DNA from: Candidatus Thorarchaeota archaeon
GTDB lineage: Archaea > Asgardarchaeota > Thorarchaeia > Thorarchaeales > Thorarchaeaceae
Direction of reading: 5' to 3'
Length of the DNA stretch: 64,000 nt
Assembly: GCA_020348985.1 (NCBI GenBank)
Contig: CP070761.1
Location: 497,850 to 561,849, forward strand
A program made the translations under genes and the position numbers. Below the pieces are notes generated by a model. It was not told the origin of the DNA. It made no database searches and saw nothing but the letters and a program-made list of their open reading frames with translations. Below are positions 27,808 through 37,226 of this stretch, piece after piece. Within the stretch, counting starts at the first letter, position 1. Each line of letters starts with the position of its first letter.

Positions 27808-28800
27808 ATGATTGATACAGAGAAGATCCATTCATTCATTGACAAGCTGGAGCGTGAAGACAAGTTCTCCGGAACAGTGCTCATCGCCAAAGACAATGAG
27901 ACTGTTTTCGAGCGTGCATACGGACTCGCGTCCAAAACATTCAGCGTACCCAACACAATAGAAACGAAGTTCAACTTGGGCTCGTTGAACAAGATCTTCA
28001 CGAAGGTAGCAATCCTCCAATTGATGCAGGAGAGCATGCTGGAGCTAGATGATAGGGTTGAGAAGTTCCTCCCTGATTATCCATCAGACGCAGTGAAACG
28101 CTCCACGGTACGGCATCTAATCAATCACACGTCTGGTTTGGGCCATTACTGGACTCAGAAGTTTCGGGCATCGAACGGTAATCTCAGAACCGTTGACGAC
28201 TTCGTTAGGTTGTTCCAAGATGATCTGCTCCTGTTTGAACCAGGAGAAAGGAAGGAATACAGCAACAATGGGTATGTTCTACTCGGCAAGGTAATCGAGA
28301 TCCTATCAGGTCAGAGCTATTACAACTATATCAAAGACCGGATATACAAACTAGCTGGCATGCACTCTACGGACCACTTTGAACTGGATAGTCTAGAACC
28401 TGATTTGGCTACTGGCTATACAATCCACAAGGATGACGGTTGCTGTCCAGAAAGCAGAGAACAGGAATTGAGAAACAACATCTTCACAATAGGGTCAAAG
28501 GGAAGTCCTGCAGGCGGAGGCTTCTCCACTGTTCATGACATGCTAAGGTTCGACATTGCTGCGGCTGAGAACAAGCTCTTGGCTCCTGAGTACTCCGCAA
28601 TGATCTTCCGACCTATTGATGGTGAACCGGACTCCAAGCTACCCAGACTCATCCTACAAGCAGGAGGAGCTGCCGGTGTCTCTGCTTTCTATGCGAAGTA
28701 TCCTTATGATGGATACATTGCTGTGATTCTCTCGAACTATGACCCGGAAAACACAGAATCTGTCGAGAAGAGGATTCGGGATGAGATAATCGGCTCGTGA
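27808..28800 (+). CDS. Cytoplasmic serine hydrolase, beta-lactamase/AmpC-like family
   Basis: GSLNK (SxxK), HTSG, YSN; no signal peptide. Confidence 0.85.
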   Translation: MIDTEKIHSFIDKLEREDKFSGTVLIAKDNETVFERAYGLASKTFSVPNTIETKFNLGSLNKIFTKVAILQLMQESMLELDDRVEKFLPDYPSDAVKRSTVRHLINHTSGLGHYWTQKFRASNGNLRTVDDFVRLFQDDLLLFEPGERKEYSNNGYVLLGKVIEILSGQSYYNYIKDRIYKLAGMHSTDHFELDSLEPDLATGYTIHKDDGCCPESREQELRNNIFTIGSKGSPAGGGFSTVHDMLRFDIAAAENKLLAPEYSAMIFRPIDGEPDSKLPRLILQAGGAAGVSAFYAKYPYDGYIAVILSNYDPENTESVEKRIRDEIIGS

Positions 28801-28954
28801 GTGGTCATAGAGATTCCACAAGTTTTTTGCGCATGAATGTCAAGTACTCTGGTCAGAAATTCGTGTGTTCGAGGAAGAAAGCCGATGCTGCTTTACGGCA
28901 CTAGCTGCAAAGCAGAAGGTTGACGCACTCGAGCTAGATTGAGGAGGGTATCCT

Positions 28955-30013
28955 TTGAAACAACTAGGGCTTCTCTTGGATTGGAAGTTTAGATACACTC
29001 TCTGCGCACTCTTGATTCTACTTACTCCAACGTGGTGTAACGCAACATCATCTGCCCAAGATGATGCAGAATTCCGTTTCATAGCATACGGGGATACAAG
29101 AGGAGACGGATCCGAGTCAGTATCCCCGCTACACGTTGATATTGTTGGGCTTTACATTCAGCATGACCCAGATCTCATTATACATTCTGGAGATATGGTC
29201 AACCACGGAGGGGAGTCCTACCAATGGCCACTGTTCAACGACTCAATGACGGCTGTCTGGGAACTAGGAATTCCTTTCTATGGAGCGGCGGGTAATCATG
29301 AGGTATACACTGATGTATGGGGCGTTTCTGATGATGACTACAGTAACTACCTTGACTACTTTGACTACACTGATGTAATCGACCAACCAGGAGAGACTGA
29401 GCTGCATTATTCTTTTGACATGGATGGAATACACTTCATTATTCTCAACACTGTCGAAGAATGGACTTACAACGATTTCACGTGTTCAACTGCTCAGATG
29501 AACTGGCTTGAAGACGACCTCGCAGCAGGGCATGAATTCATTGTTGTTGCGTTCCACAATCCCGCATGGTCAATAAGAGCAGACCGCCCAGAACGTTGGG
29601 CGCAAGCTGAAAGCATCCGTAACACCTTCCACTCAATGTTCATAGATAATGGAGTAGATATTGTCTTCAATGGACATGATCACTGCTACTATAGAACTGT
29701 CAGAGATGGAATCTTCTATGTAATTACTGGAGGGGGTGGAGCACCTCTTTGCGAAATCCAGACAGAAGACACTGTCTGGCAAGATGGAGATGTTGGATTC
29801 AGTGACTATCACTATTGCTTGGCAAAGGTAGCAAGTGGACTTCTTAGCGTTGAGGTTTATCTCATGAACGGTACTGTCGCAGATGACTTCGACCTTGACG
29901 TGTCAGCTGCGAGTCCACCTCCCCTGTTCGAAGGAACTACTCTGATTGTCGTTGGGACAGTAGTTGTGATTGCGCTTCTTGTGATTGTTGCACTAAGAAG
30001 AAGAGCACAATGA
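28955..30013 (+). CDS. Secreted metallophosphoesterase (purple acid phosphatase-like) with C-terminal TM anchor
   Basis: YGD, SGDMV, GNHE, FH.P, GHDH; signal peptide; TM followed by RRR. Confidence 0.85.
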   Translation: MKQLGLLLDWKFRYTLCALLILLTPTWCNATSSAQDDAEFRFIAYGDTRGDGSESVSPLHVDIVGLYIQHDPDLIIHSGDMVNHGGESYQWPLFNDSMTAVWELGIPFYGAAGNHEVYTDVWGVSDDDYSNYLDYFDYTDVIDQPGETELHYSFDMDGIHFIILNTVEEWTYNDFTCSTAQMNWLEDDLAAGHEFIVVAFHNPAWSIRADRPERWAQAESIRNTFHSMFIDNGVDIVFNGHDHCYYRTVRDGIFYVITGGGGAPLCEIQTEDTVWQDGDVGFSDYHYCLAKVASGLLSVEVYLMNGTVADDFDLDVSAASPPPLFEGTTLIVVGTVVVIALLVIVALRRRAQ

Positions 30014-30022
30014 GAAGAAGCA

Positions 30023-30619
30023 CTACTCGATCCCAAATGTATACAGAACCATATGGTGAAGATATTCTACGTATGCAGCATCGTCCTTGAACAGAGCAAT
30101 CCTCAAATGAGTTTCCCTAACTTCTGACATGACAGTGAAAGCCAGATGGAGTTTGATGAGAATCTCATCCATGGGAGTTCTTCTGAACATCTTCAGAGTA
30201 GCAAGTCTTTCCGCAACCATTCTGTAGAAACCGATTATAATCGGCCTAATATCCTCGGTGAGCTCAGGAGAAACAGTGCTCGTGTCTCTCAACGACGATC
30301 CATAGAGTGAACCGTTTCTACGCAATTCCAAGTGCAGCTTGATTATGGCTTTCCATTTCTCTTTGAAGTTGGATTCGTTCATTAAGTCAAGGTCTACAAG
30401 GTCCACTAGAGCCTCAATGTTCCGCTTCATCATCTCCTTGAGTATGTCTGCCTTTCCCTTCGGGAAATAGCGATAAACAGTACCGATACTCAATCCAGCC
30501 TCATCAGGAATATCGTTGATGCTAAAACCTTCGTAGCCTCTCCCAGAAACGAGTCTGTCCATAGCAGAGATGATTGCCTCGATTTTTGAAGCCTTGTCCC
30601 TAGTAAACTTCTTGGACAT
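30023..30619 (-). CDS. TetR/AcrR-family regulator
   Basis: FSINDIPDEAGLSIGTVYRYFPKGK. Confidence 0.85.
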   Translation of the reverse strand: MSKKFTRDKASKIEAIISAMDRLVSGRGYEGFSINDIPDEAGLSIGTVYRYFPKGKADILKEMMKRNIEALVDLVDLDLMNESNFKEKWKAIIKLHLELRRNGSLYGSSLRDTSTVSPELTEDIRPIIIGFYRMVAERLATLKMFRRTPMDEILIKLHLAFTVMSEVRETHLRIALFKDDAAYVEYLHHMVLYTFGIE

Positions 30620-30664
30620 ATGTCGGTCGTGTCGATTGAAGCACCAAGGACATATGAAGCTTGG

Positions 30665-30716
30665 TATATGAGTAGTTGCTCAGTTATCAAGTCTTATATG
30701 AGTAGACGCTCAGTTA
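30665..30716. promoter_or_regulatory. Duplicated 22-bp operator, 30-bp period
   Basis: TATATGAGTAGTTGCTCAGTTA (30665) and TATATGAGTAGACGCTCAGTTA (30695), each with a TGAG-N6-CTCA dyad, between the divergent TetR and methyltransferase. Confidence 0.8.
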
Positions 30717-30730
30717 CTCCTGTGATTACT

Positions 30731-31567
30731 TTGACCGTAAAGACAACTGGGTTGAAGAAAAGAGAGGTCGAGAACTTGGGGCACTATGAGTTCATGGCGT
30801 ACATCGGAGTTCCATACTTCAGATGGGGTGGAATGGACACGACTGATAAACTTGCGAGTCTTTGCGGAGTTGAGAAGGGCAAGAGGGTCCTTTTGGTCGG
30901 CTGTGGGACAGGATACAGCGCATTCCACTTGGCCAAGAATTACGAGTGTGAGGTTGTGGGAGTTGATATATCCAACTTTCTGATAACAGTGGCGCAAGAG
31001 AAAGTTGAGGAAATGGGTCTTGGGGGTCTTGTCTCATTCGAAGTTGGCGACGCGCATGATCTTCAGTTCGATGATGGATCCTTTGGTGTCGTTCTCACCG
31101 AGTCAGTTGTGATCTTCCTCGACAAGGAAAGAGCACTGCTAGAGTTTGCGAGGGTTCTGCGTCCGGGAGGATTCCTAGGCATCAGTGAAATCTATCAAGC
31201 AGATGACGCACCAGAAGAGGTCTCAAACAGGATTGAGGAAGCCGCCAGGATGTTGAGCGAGAATGTCGGAGTTGAGGTTACGGTCCCGACTCCTCGACAG
31301 TGGATTGGCCACATGTCCGATGCCGGGCTTCAAAGCATTCAAACCGAGAAGCAGGAAATCGGCCTGACTTCGGGCGATTGGGCAGAAGTAGTTGGAAGAG
31401 CAGGTGTAGCTAGAGTCAGCTTGAAAGCTATGTACTATCTACTAAGAAGCAAAAAGATCAGAGGCCGTCTTCAAAGAGATAAACGGGTCAGAGAAATGTT
31501 CATGGAAGATGAAACAACAAAGAAATTCTTCGGACCTCTGCTCTGTGTTGGGACCAAGCCAGGTTAG
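30731..31567 (+). CDS. Class I SAM-dependent methyltransferase
   Basis: LVGCGTG, GVD, GDA..L.F.D.SF, RVLRPGG. Start is probably TTG 30731 or 30752 rather than 30620. Confidence 0.85.
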   Translation: MTVKTTGLKKREVENLGHYEFMAYIGVPYFRWGGMDTTDKLASLCGVEKGKRVLLVGCGTGYSAFHLAKNYECEVVGVDISNFLITVAQEKVEEMGLGGLVSFEVGDAHDLQFDDGSFGVVLTESVVIFLDKERALLEFARVLRPGGFLGISEIYQADDAPEEVSNRIEEAARMLSENVGVEVTVPTPRQWIGHMSDAGLQSIQTEKQEIGLTSGDWAEVVGRAGVARVSLKAMYYLLRSKKIRGRLQRDKRVREMFMEDETTKKFFGPLLCVGTKPG

Positions 31568-31629
31568 AAGGCCTTCAATATCTCATCTACCATTCTCGAC
31601 ACTCGGCTGAATGAAGCAATATGTACGTG

Positions 31630-32580
31630 CTACCACCACTCGTCCCTTCTTACCGAAGCCCGAGATGCTAGGTCACGATAAAGGACTGTTATGAAGATGT
31701 AGGAGAGCGAACCTACAAGTAATGTTGATAGAAAGGCAGGAATTAGAAGCATCCAGTCTCCATAGGTGAGATACATCGTGTAGAAGATCCCTGAGAGGAG
31801 GAATCCAATGATTCCGACCAAGAAGCCAACGAGAATGTAGCCTCCAAAGATATGTAGGAAATTCCCACTACTCAGTTCATATGCTCTTCTAAACGAGCCT
31901 AGGATCGAGACATCCTCAGCAATGACGACCGCAAGCAAGGGAGCAAACACAATTTGGATAAGAATGATGCCAATCAAGCCACCGAAAATGAGAGGCATCG
32001 CCGTTATGAATTCGCTTGGGACATCGAAAGGATTGTTGGGATCGTATTGTGCTAAACCCCTTGCTAGGAATATGTTACCGGGAGCAAGAACAGCAGAAGC
32101 TAATCCGCCAGTGATAAGCTGTACAGAGATTAGAGTCACAGCCTTGCCAAACGAGAATGAGACTGAACCAGATACATCTCCAGCCCTAGGGGTGCCGTAG
32201 TCATCCAAAGAGAACTTGACTATGGCTCCCGCTGCCAATGAAAGGAATATCAAACCGCCGAAGTTTAGAAAGAAAGAGACCATCCAATACTGATAGTTCA
32301 ATTCTCCTTCCGATCCGATTGCCCCAATCAGTACTCCAATCGGGTTGGCTCCGACGGATGACGCAATAGCTAGCCCAAATGTACCATAGAGAGCAATGAG
32401 AATGAGTGTCTGAATAACAAGATAGACGACATAAAGCCCTCCCATTAGGAGCGTATACTGGACTATCTTTCTAGACCACAGACCAAGTGTTCTTGAAACG
32501 AGTCCAGTAGCGTTTACTGTGAAATCAGCATCCAAAGAATCTGAAGGTTGAGGTCCCAGACCCGGCCCAATCTCTACCAC
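31630..32580 (-). CDS. Multi-pass membrane protein (glycerophosphodiester phosphodiesterase membrane-domain-like)
   Basis: About six TM helices; VIAED...GSFRRAYELSSGNF and LYRDL signatures. Confidence 0.7.
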   Translation of the reverse strand: MVEIGPGLGPQPSDSLDADFTVNATGLVSRTLGLWSRKIVQYTLLMGGLYVVYLVIQTLILIALYGTFGLAIASSVGANPIGVLIGAIGSEGELNYQYWMVSFFLNFGGLIFLSLAAGAIVKFSLDDYGTPRAGDVSGSVSFSFGKAVTLISVQLITGGLASAVLAPGNIFLARGLAQYDPNNPFDVPSEFITAMPLIFGGLIGIILIQIVFAPLLAVVIAEDVSILGSFRRAYELSSGNFLHIFGGYILVGFLVGIIGFLLSGIFYTMYLTYGDWMLLIPAFLSTLLVGSLSYIFITVLYRDLASRASVRRDEWW

Positions 32581-32719
32581 GAAATCACCTTGAGCAAGAT
32601 ATACTGTTACAGCTTAATAATTCCAGCTAAACCCTTCGTACAAAGGCTGCAGTGAGGTCTTTCGAGGGGCTCCGAATCTTCTTGTGCCAATGTGCAACTG
32701 ATTCATTGGGTATGGTATC

Positions 32720-33097
32720 GTGAGCTCGAGGGAAGAGATCAAAGCAGCTGCTCTCAGATTTGTCGAATGTATCAATGCCGGAGACTCGAAACGACTGGTT
32801 GAGCTGCAGACTGAAGACTTCACTTTCACTGACATGGCAGGAGATACTTTCGTTGGTCGAGATGGATGGGAAGGATACTTCGAGCCATACCCGGACTACA
32901 AGATACATCCACAGAAGATCTTGGTAAGCGGGAACAGCGTTGCAATAGTCGGAAAGACAACTGGCTCGCATGTTGAGCCAAGAGTAGAAGTCCTCTAAAC
33001 AATTCTATGGATAGCTGAAATCAGTGAAGGACTTGTTGCAAAGTGGCACATCTTTGGGGATGTTGAAGAGACCAGGGCGTATTTGGAGTCGCTTTGA
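32720..33097 (+). pseudogene. SnoaL/NTF2-like protein interrupted by an in-frame TAA
   Basis: FVECINAGD...TEDFTFTD..G; after TAA 32996-32998 the frame continues TILWIAEISEGLVAKWHIFGD... to TGA 33095-33097. Confidence 0.75.
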
Positions 33098-33238
33098 CAA
33101 CTCGATTGGTAGACTGAACAAACCAAAACTCAACATTGCTTTGTTGCGCCAACTTATATGCAGTCATAGATGAGCAGTAGGGCGTGCGTTGTTTCACCGG
33201 CATTTACGTCGTATAATGCTAAAGGCGAGGAGATCACA

Positions 33239-34111
33239 TTGGAAGTTGAGAGCTACAGTGCTTGGAATCCAGAAGTACCTAGGAAGTTCAAAGTTGATGA
33301 AAGACTGAAAGAGGCATTTTCGAGAACAGATTCAGCCATAGGCCACCTGCGCGAAATCAGGCCACAACTAGCCTCCAAGTATATTGAAGCCGTAGAAAAC
33401 AGACTACGAAGTGCAATTGAGTGCTACACAATAGATGCAAAATCCTTGGACATCGAGGACATGGTGAAGAAGCTAGAACACCTCAAGAAACAACCCGAAT
33501 TGAGCGAAATCTTGTTTCATTTTGTCTGTGATAAACTCGAACTGGATGAACACGCAATCTCAAATGACGAGATTGAGGTATCGTCATTCAACCACTGCAT
33601 GGCACATGAAAGGCTCAACTACTATCTAGGTAAGTCTCTTGCTGATCTTCTGGGTGATGAGTCGGCTATTCCTATCTGGAAGAAGATGGTTGGCCTTAGA
33701 ATAAGAGACGCAAGAGCAGGTTTCGAAGCTAGAATCAAGGAGATGGAACAGAAGGGAGAGAAGTATCCTAATGCTCGAGAAGGGATTGCGCAAGCAATTG
33801 AAACGTGGTCCGAAATCGGTCTGGGAGACTTCACCATTTCCGTCATCGATGACCACAAGGTCCTATGTAGATTCGACAAGTGCGTGACACACGAAGTCTT
33901 GAAGGGGCTTGATGACCCCGACTGGGCCTACTTGACATCCTGTTATCTAGGCGACGCGCCAGAGTATAATTCGTACAGACCTAGACATCTTAGAAGAACC
34001 CAGACCCTACATCACGGAGATTTCTGTGATGAACTGTATTGGGACACCGAGTTCTATACTGATCCCGAACAACCGTCATTGGAGTACACCAGGAAGCTAG
34101 GAAAGGATTGA
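33239..34111 (+). CDS. ATC-hydrolase-like (L-2-amino-thiazoline-4-carboxylate hydrolase family) domain protein
   Basis: FDKC..H...SCYLGD....LRRTQTLHHGDFCD; TTG 33239 follows GAGGAG. Confidence 0.7.
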   Translation: MEVESYSAWNPEVPRKFKVDERLKEAFSRTDSAIGHLREIRPQLASKYIEAVENRLRSAIECYTIDAKSLDIEDMVKKLEHLKKQPELSEILFHFVCDKLELDEHAISNDEIEVSSFNHCMAHERLNYYLGKSLADLLGDESAIPIWKKMVGLRIRDARAGFEARIKEMEQKGEKYPNAREGIAQAIETWSEIGLGDFTISVIDDHKVLCRFDKCVTHEVLKGLDDPDWAYLTSCYLGDAPEYNSYRPRHLRRTQTLHHGDFCDELYWDTEFYTDPEQPSLEYTRKLGKD

Positions 34112-34128
34112 GAAAGGAGCTAAAGTGA

Positions 34129-34995
34129 ATGGAATTCGAGAAAAGTGGTTCTCGTGACCCGAACGCACTGGAACATGAACAGAGTATACAGCCTTTGGAT
34201 TCTGTCAAACGGTCACCGTGGAAGAGACTGAACTATCTCCTCAATGTGGTGAAGGAACTGCAACCAGAAGCAGTTGATGCTTTCGCTCGGAATCTAGAAC
34301 TAAGGTATGGAAGCCTCGTAGAGTCACCGACTGTCGAGGACTCCCAGATTGGTCTGGAGGACCTCATTCCGGAGATGACTCTGCTGTTGAAGTACCCCGT
34401 ATTGGCGCTCAATAACCTGAACTACTTCCTCCAACTCCTGGAATTACCTGAAGGCACAGATTGGACGAATGATAAACTGGAAGTGCCAATTAGAATATTC
34501 AACCGTGCGTTCTTGGTCCCCAAGTACAACAATGTTCAGGTGCTTACTGAGACAATTGGGAGAGAAGATGGAATAAGAGTCTACAAGGAGTACGTTACTC
34601 GATTCGTAGATGACTGGGTCTCTAGTGAGCCGGAAAGACACTCCACTCTCGAAGAAATGAGACAAGACTGGCTCAAGGATGATGAAGATAACCCAGGCTT
34701 GGTCCGTCAGGTGGGTACAGTTGAGGATGGCAAAGTCGTCGTCAGGAAGGACAACTGTCTTTGGGCAGATTCCCTTGTTGATCTCCCGGATACCGAACTG
34801 AAGTACCTCGTCTGCTGTTATGGCGATTTCACAAGCATCAGGGTATACAACAGGAGCTTCGCATTGACAATGGAGCAAACCGTTGCAGCCGGAGACCACT
34901 ACTGCGATGTAGTTGTCCATGACACTAGAATAGACAACGACTTGAAACACCCATCGAAGGATTTCTTTGACTCAATTGGCCCGTTGGACGAGTGA
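34129..34995 (+). CDS. ATC-hydrolase-like domain protein (paralog)
   Basis: DNCLW...CCYGDF....FALTMEQTVAAGDHYCD. Confidence 0.75.
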   Translation: MEFEKSGSRDPNALEHEQSIQPLDSVKRSPWKRLNYLLNVVKELQPEAVDAFARNLELRYGSLVESPTVEDSQIGLEDLIPEMTLLLKYPVLALNNLNYFLQLLELPEGTDWTNDKLEVPIRIFNRAFLVPKYNNVQVLTETIGREDGIRVYKEYVTRFVDDWVSSEPERHSTLEEMRQDWLKDDEDNPGLVRQVGTVEDGKVVVRKDNCLWADSLVDLPDTELKYLVCCYGDFTSIRVYNRSFALTMEQTVAAGDHYCDVVVHDTRIDNDLKHPSKDFFDSIGPLDE

Positions 34996-35072
34996 TAAGA
35001 AAGCTTCTTCCTCTGACCATCGCGCTTATGTTTCGCCGGTTCTCTCTGATAGCAAAGGTTGGCGTTCCGTAG

Positions 35073-36080
35073 ATGATTGACTTGGAGTACGCCACATCAG
35101 ATGGGTTTGACATCATTCAGATTGGCAAAGACTGCTCAGCAGTCAATCTTAGTGGCATTGACATCCGGTCAATTGACTTGACACCACTCACAGATTGCTC
35201 TGAGTTGCATGCTCTGAATCTGTCGGATAATGAACTGAGAGAGCTAGATTTGGGCCCTCTTCATTCCTGCCGCAAACTGGTGGAAATCAATCTATCACGG
35301 AATAACCTGAAATCGATCGATCTCTCCGCCTTGGCATTCTCAACTATCCGTAGAGCCATGATTGACCAGAAACACGGGCGGCCAATTCTCTTGTTTGAAC
35401 CTATCTTTAGAGAGGTCGAATTCAAGGGATGGAAGCTTGGTGAACTCGTGGATCTAGCTCAAGATTCTCGAGAAGCTCCACATGCCGACTGGGCAAAGAC
35501 TGTAAAGGCACTAGAGGAGAGAGTTCGGTGGACTCCGGATTCTTCTTGGTTCGCAGTGCAGAGAGGACTGCTCCGGTATCTCAGCATGATCGAAATCGGA
35601 GGGGTTGACGGAGACCCTAGATTGATACTGGAAGACGTCTCTGCCGAACATGGGGAAGAGATTCTTACTCGAATCTACGAGAAGACAGTCAGTCTCTTGT
35701 CAGCTCAGCTCAGGCGAGGTGGACCAACCGTGTTCTTGGATGTTGAGGTCATGAAGAGAACGAGTGCCGCATGCTTGGTGCCTGAGATTCTTGAGAGTCG
35801 AGAGAAGGAAATGGAAGACTTGATTGTTCCAATAAGGAAAGATAGAGCCTATCTTGACGAGGTTGTCATTACACACTACGGATTTGAGGTCGTGATGGGA
35901 CTAGGGCTCGAAATGAGAGTCGGAAAGAGAGGTCTCAAACGACTGAAGAAGAGCTTCGAAGAGGTAGGGTACATTTTCAATACTGAAGAAGTCCAGACAG
36001 TCCCCAAACCAGATTTGACAAGGGCTTCTTTCAGTCTTAGGAACTACATTCAACGAGTGATTGCGGCCAAGAAGGGCTGA
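35073..36080 (+). CDS. Leucine-rich repeat protein
   Basis: L..LNLS.N.L..IDL.PL..C repeats near the N-terminus. Confidence 0.75.
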   Translation: MIDLEYATSDGFDIIQIGKDCSAVNLSGIDIRSIDLTPLTDCSELHALNLSDNELRELDLGPLHSCRKLVEINLSRNNLKSIDLSALAFSTIRRAMIDQKHGRPILLFEPIFREVEFKGWKLGELVDLAQDSREAPHADWAKTVKALEERVRWTPDSSWFAVQRGLLRYLSMIEIGGVDGDPRLILEDVSAEHGEEILTRIYEKTVSLLSAQLRRGGPTVFLDVEVMKRTSAACLVPEILESREKEMEDLIVPIRKDRAYLDEVVITHYGFEVVMGLGLEMRVGKRGLKRLKKSFEEVGYIFNTEEVQTVPKPDLTRASFSLRNYIQRVIAAKKG

Positions 36081-36521
36081 CTAGGTTTTCGTGTACCTAG
36101 GAACATTGCTGCGGAACCATTCAGGCACTATTGCATTGTCAACTCTGTCTGAAGTAGGCATGTACGGTTTGATGTCAACAATTGGAGTGCCATCAAAGGC
36201 GTCAATCTGATCAATTCTGATTTCTCTCGTTTTGTCATTCAGACTTTCAATTCCCACAATCGAATGTCCAATAGGTGTCGGCCTGGCCGGACTCCTGCTA
36301 GCGAAAACGCCGGAGAGCTCGGCTGACTCTTGAGGTGGATAGTCTCTGAGGTTAGACCGGTCCTCAGGATTGTCGCGCTCAGTAATCCACCACAACACAA
36401 TGATATGAGAGAACTTGTCCAACTGAAGAACGCCATCCCAAAATTCCGGCTTGATCACCAATACTGGTTTGCGGTCATCAGGCTTCTCTACTTGACCAAT
36501 AACCGACGCTAACAAGTCCAT
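36081..36521 (-). CDS. trmO: TrmO/TsaA-family tRNA (t6A37-N6) methyltransferase
   Basis: FSHIIVLWW, GVFASRSPARPTPIG, IDAFDGTPIVDIKPY. Confidence 0.85.
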   Translation of the reverse strand: MDLLASVIGQVEKPDDRKPVLVIKPEFWDGVLQLDKFSHIIVLWWITERDNPEDRSNLRDYPPQESAELSGVFASRSPARPTPIGHSIVGIESLNDKTREIRIDQIDAFDGTPIVDIKPYMPTSDRVDNAIVPEWFRSNVPRYTKT

Positions 36522-36572
36522 GATTGTTTTTCTCCATTCATAGCCTATTCAACATAATCTCTATTGATACAC

Positions 36573-37103
36573 TCAATCTCTCTTCCGCATCTCTCTTCTC
36601 ATTGCTAGGAAGGCCGTGGGAATAAGAATTACTATGCCAATACCAATGGCCCAAAGGGCAATCATGCCTTCTGAAGGAGGAGGAGGCGTTGTAGGAGAAG
36701 TTGTTCCGGCGGGTGTTGTTAACGGGTTGTCATCGACAACTAAAATGCTGCCCCCTGTCCGACTCCAAGTTCCATTGTTGCTGGCCATATAGATTTCGAA
36801 AAAGTGGATGCCTACTTCAGTTGCAGTCCACAAGTAGATGTATGTGTCACCAATTACCAACATTGTGTGGTTGTCGTCTTCTATTTCAAAGTAGACAATG
36901 AAGATTCCAGTCGGATGAGTTACATTTAGCGAGATTTCTGCGACTTCGCCCGTGATGACTGGGTACGGATCAACAACTGGTATAGTCCATTCTGGATTGC
37001 TGCTCTGCGTAGCTGCTACGTGATGCGAACTGAGCAGAATCGACGACGTGAATATGCAAGAAAGGACAAGTGCGAAGGCTATCTGCAAATGACCGATCTT
37101 CAT
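36573..37103 (-). CDS. Small secreted Ig-like protein with Thr/Pro linker and C-terminal TM
   Basis: Signal peptide, beta-rich core, TTPPPPSEG-TM-RR. Confidence 0.7.
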   Translation of the reverse strand: MKIGHLQIAFALVLSCIFTSSILLSSHHVAATQSSNPEWTIPVVDPYPVITGEVAEISLNVTHPTGIFIVYFEIEDDNHTMLVIGDTYIYLWTATEVGIHFFEIYMASNNGTWSRTGGSILVVDDNPLTTPAGTTSPTTPPPPSEGMIALWAIGIGIVILIPTAFLAMRREMRKRD

Positions 37104-37226
37104 TGGTTGTGCATCACCACAGTGAATTACTCCAAGATTGCGTCATCGTTCGCTGTCCAGTTGAAGAATCTTATCGTATATGCCCGGTTCTGAGTCTACG
37201 AGTTCACTTGCTGGTTTCTGACTCTT

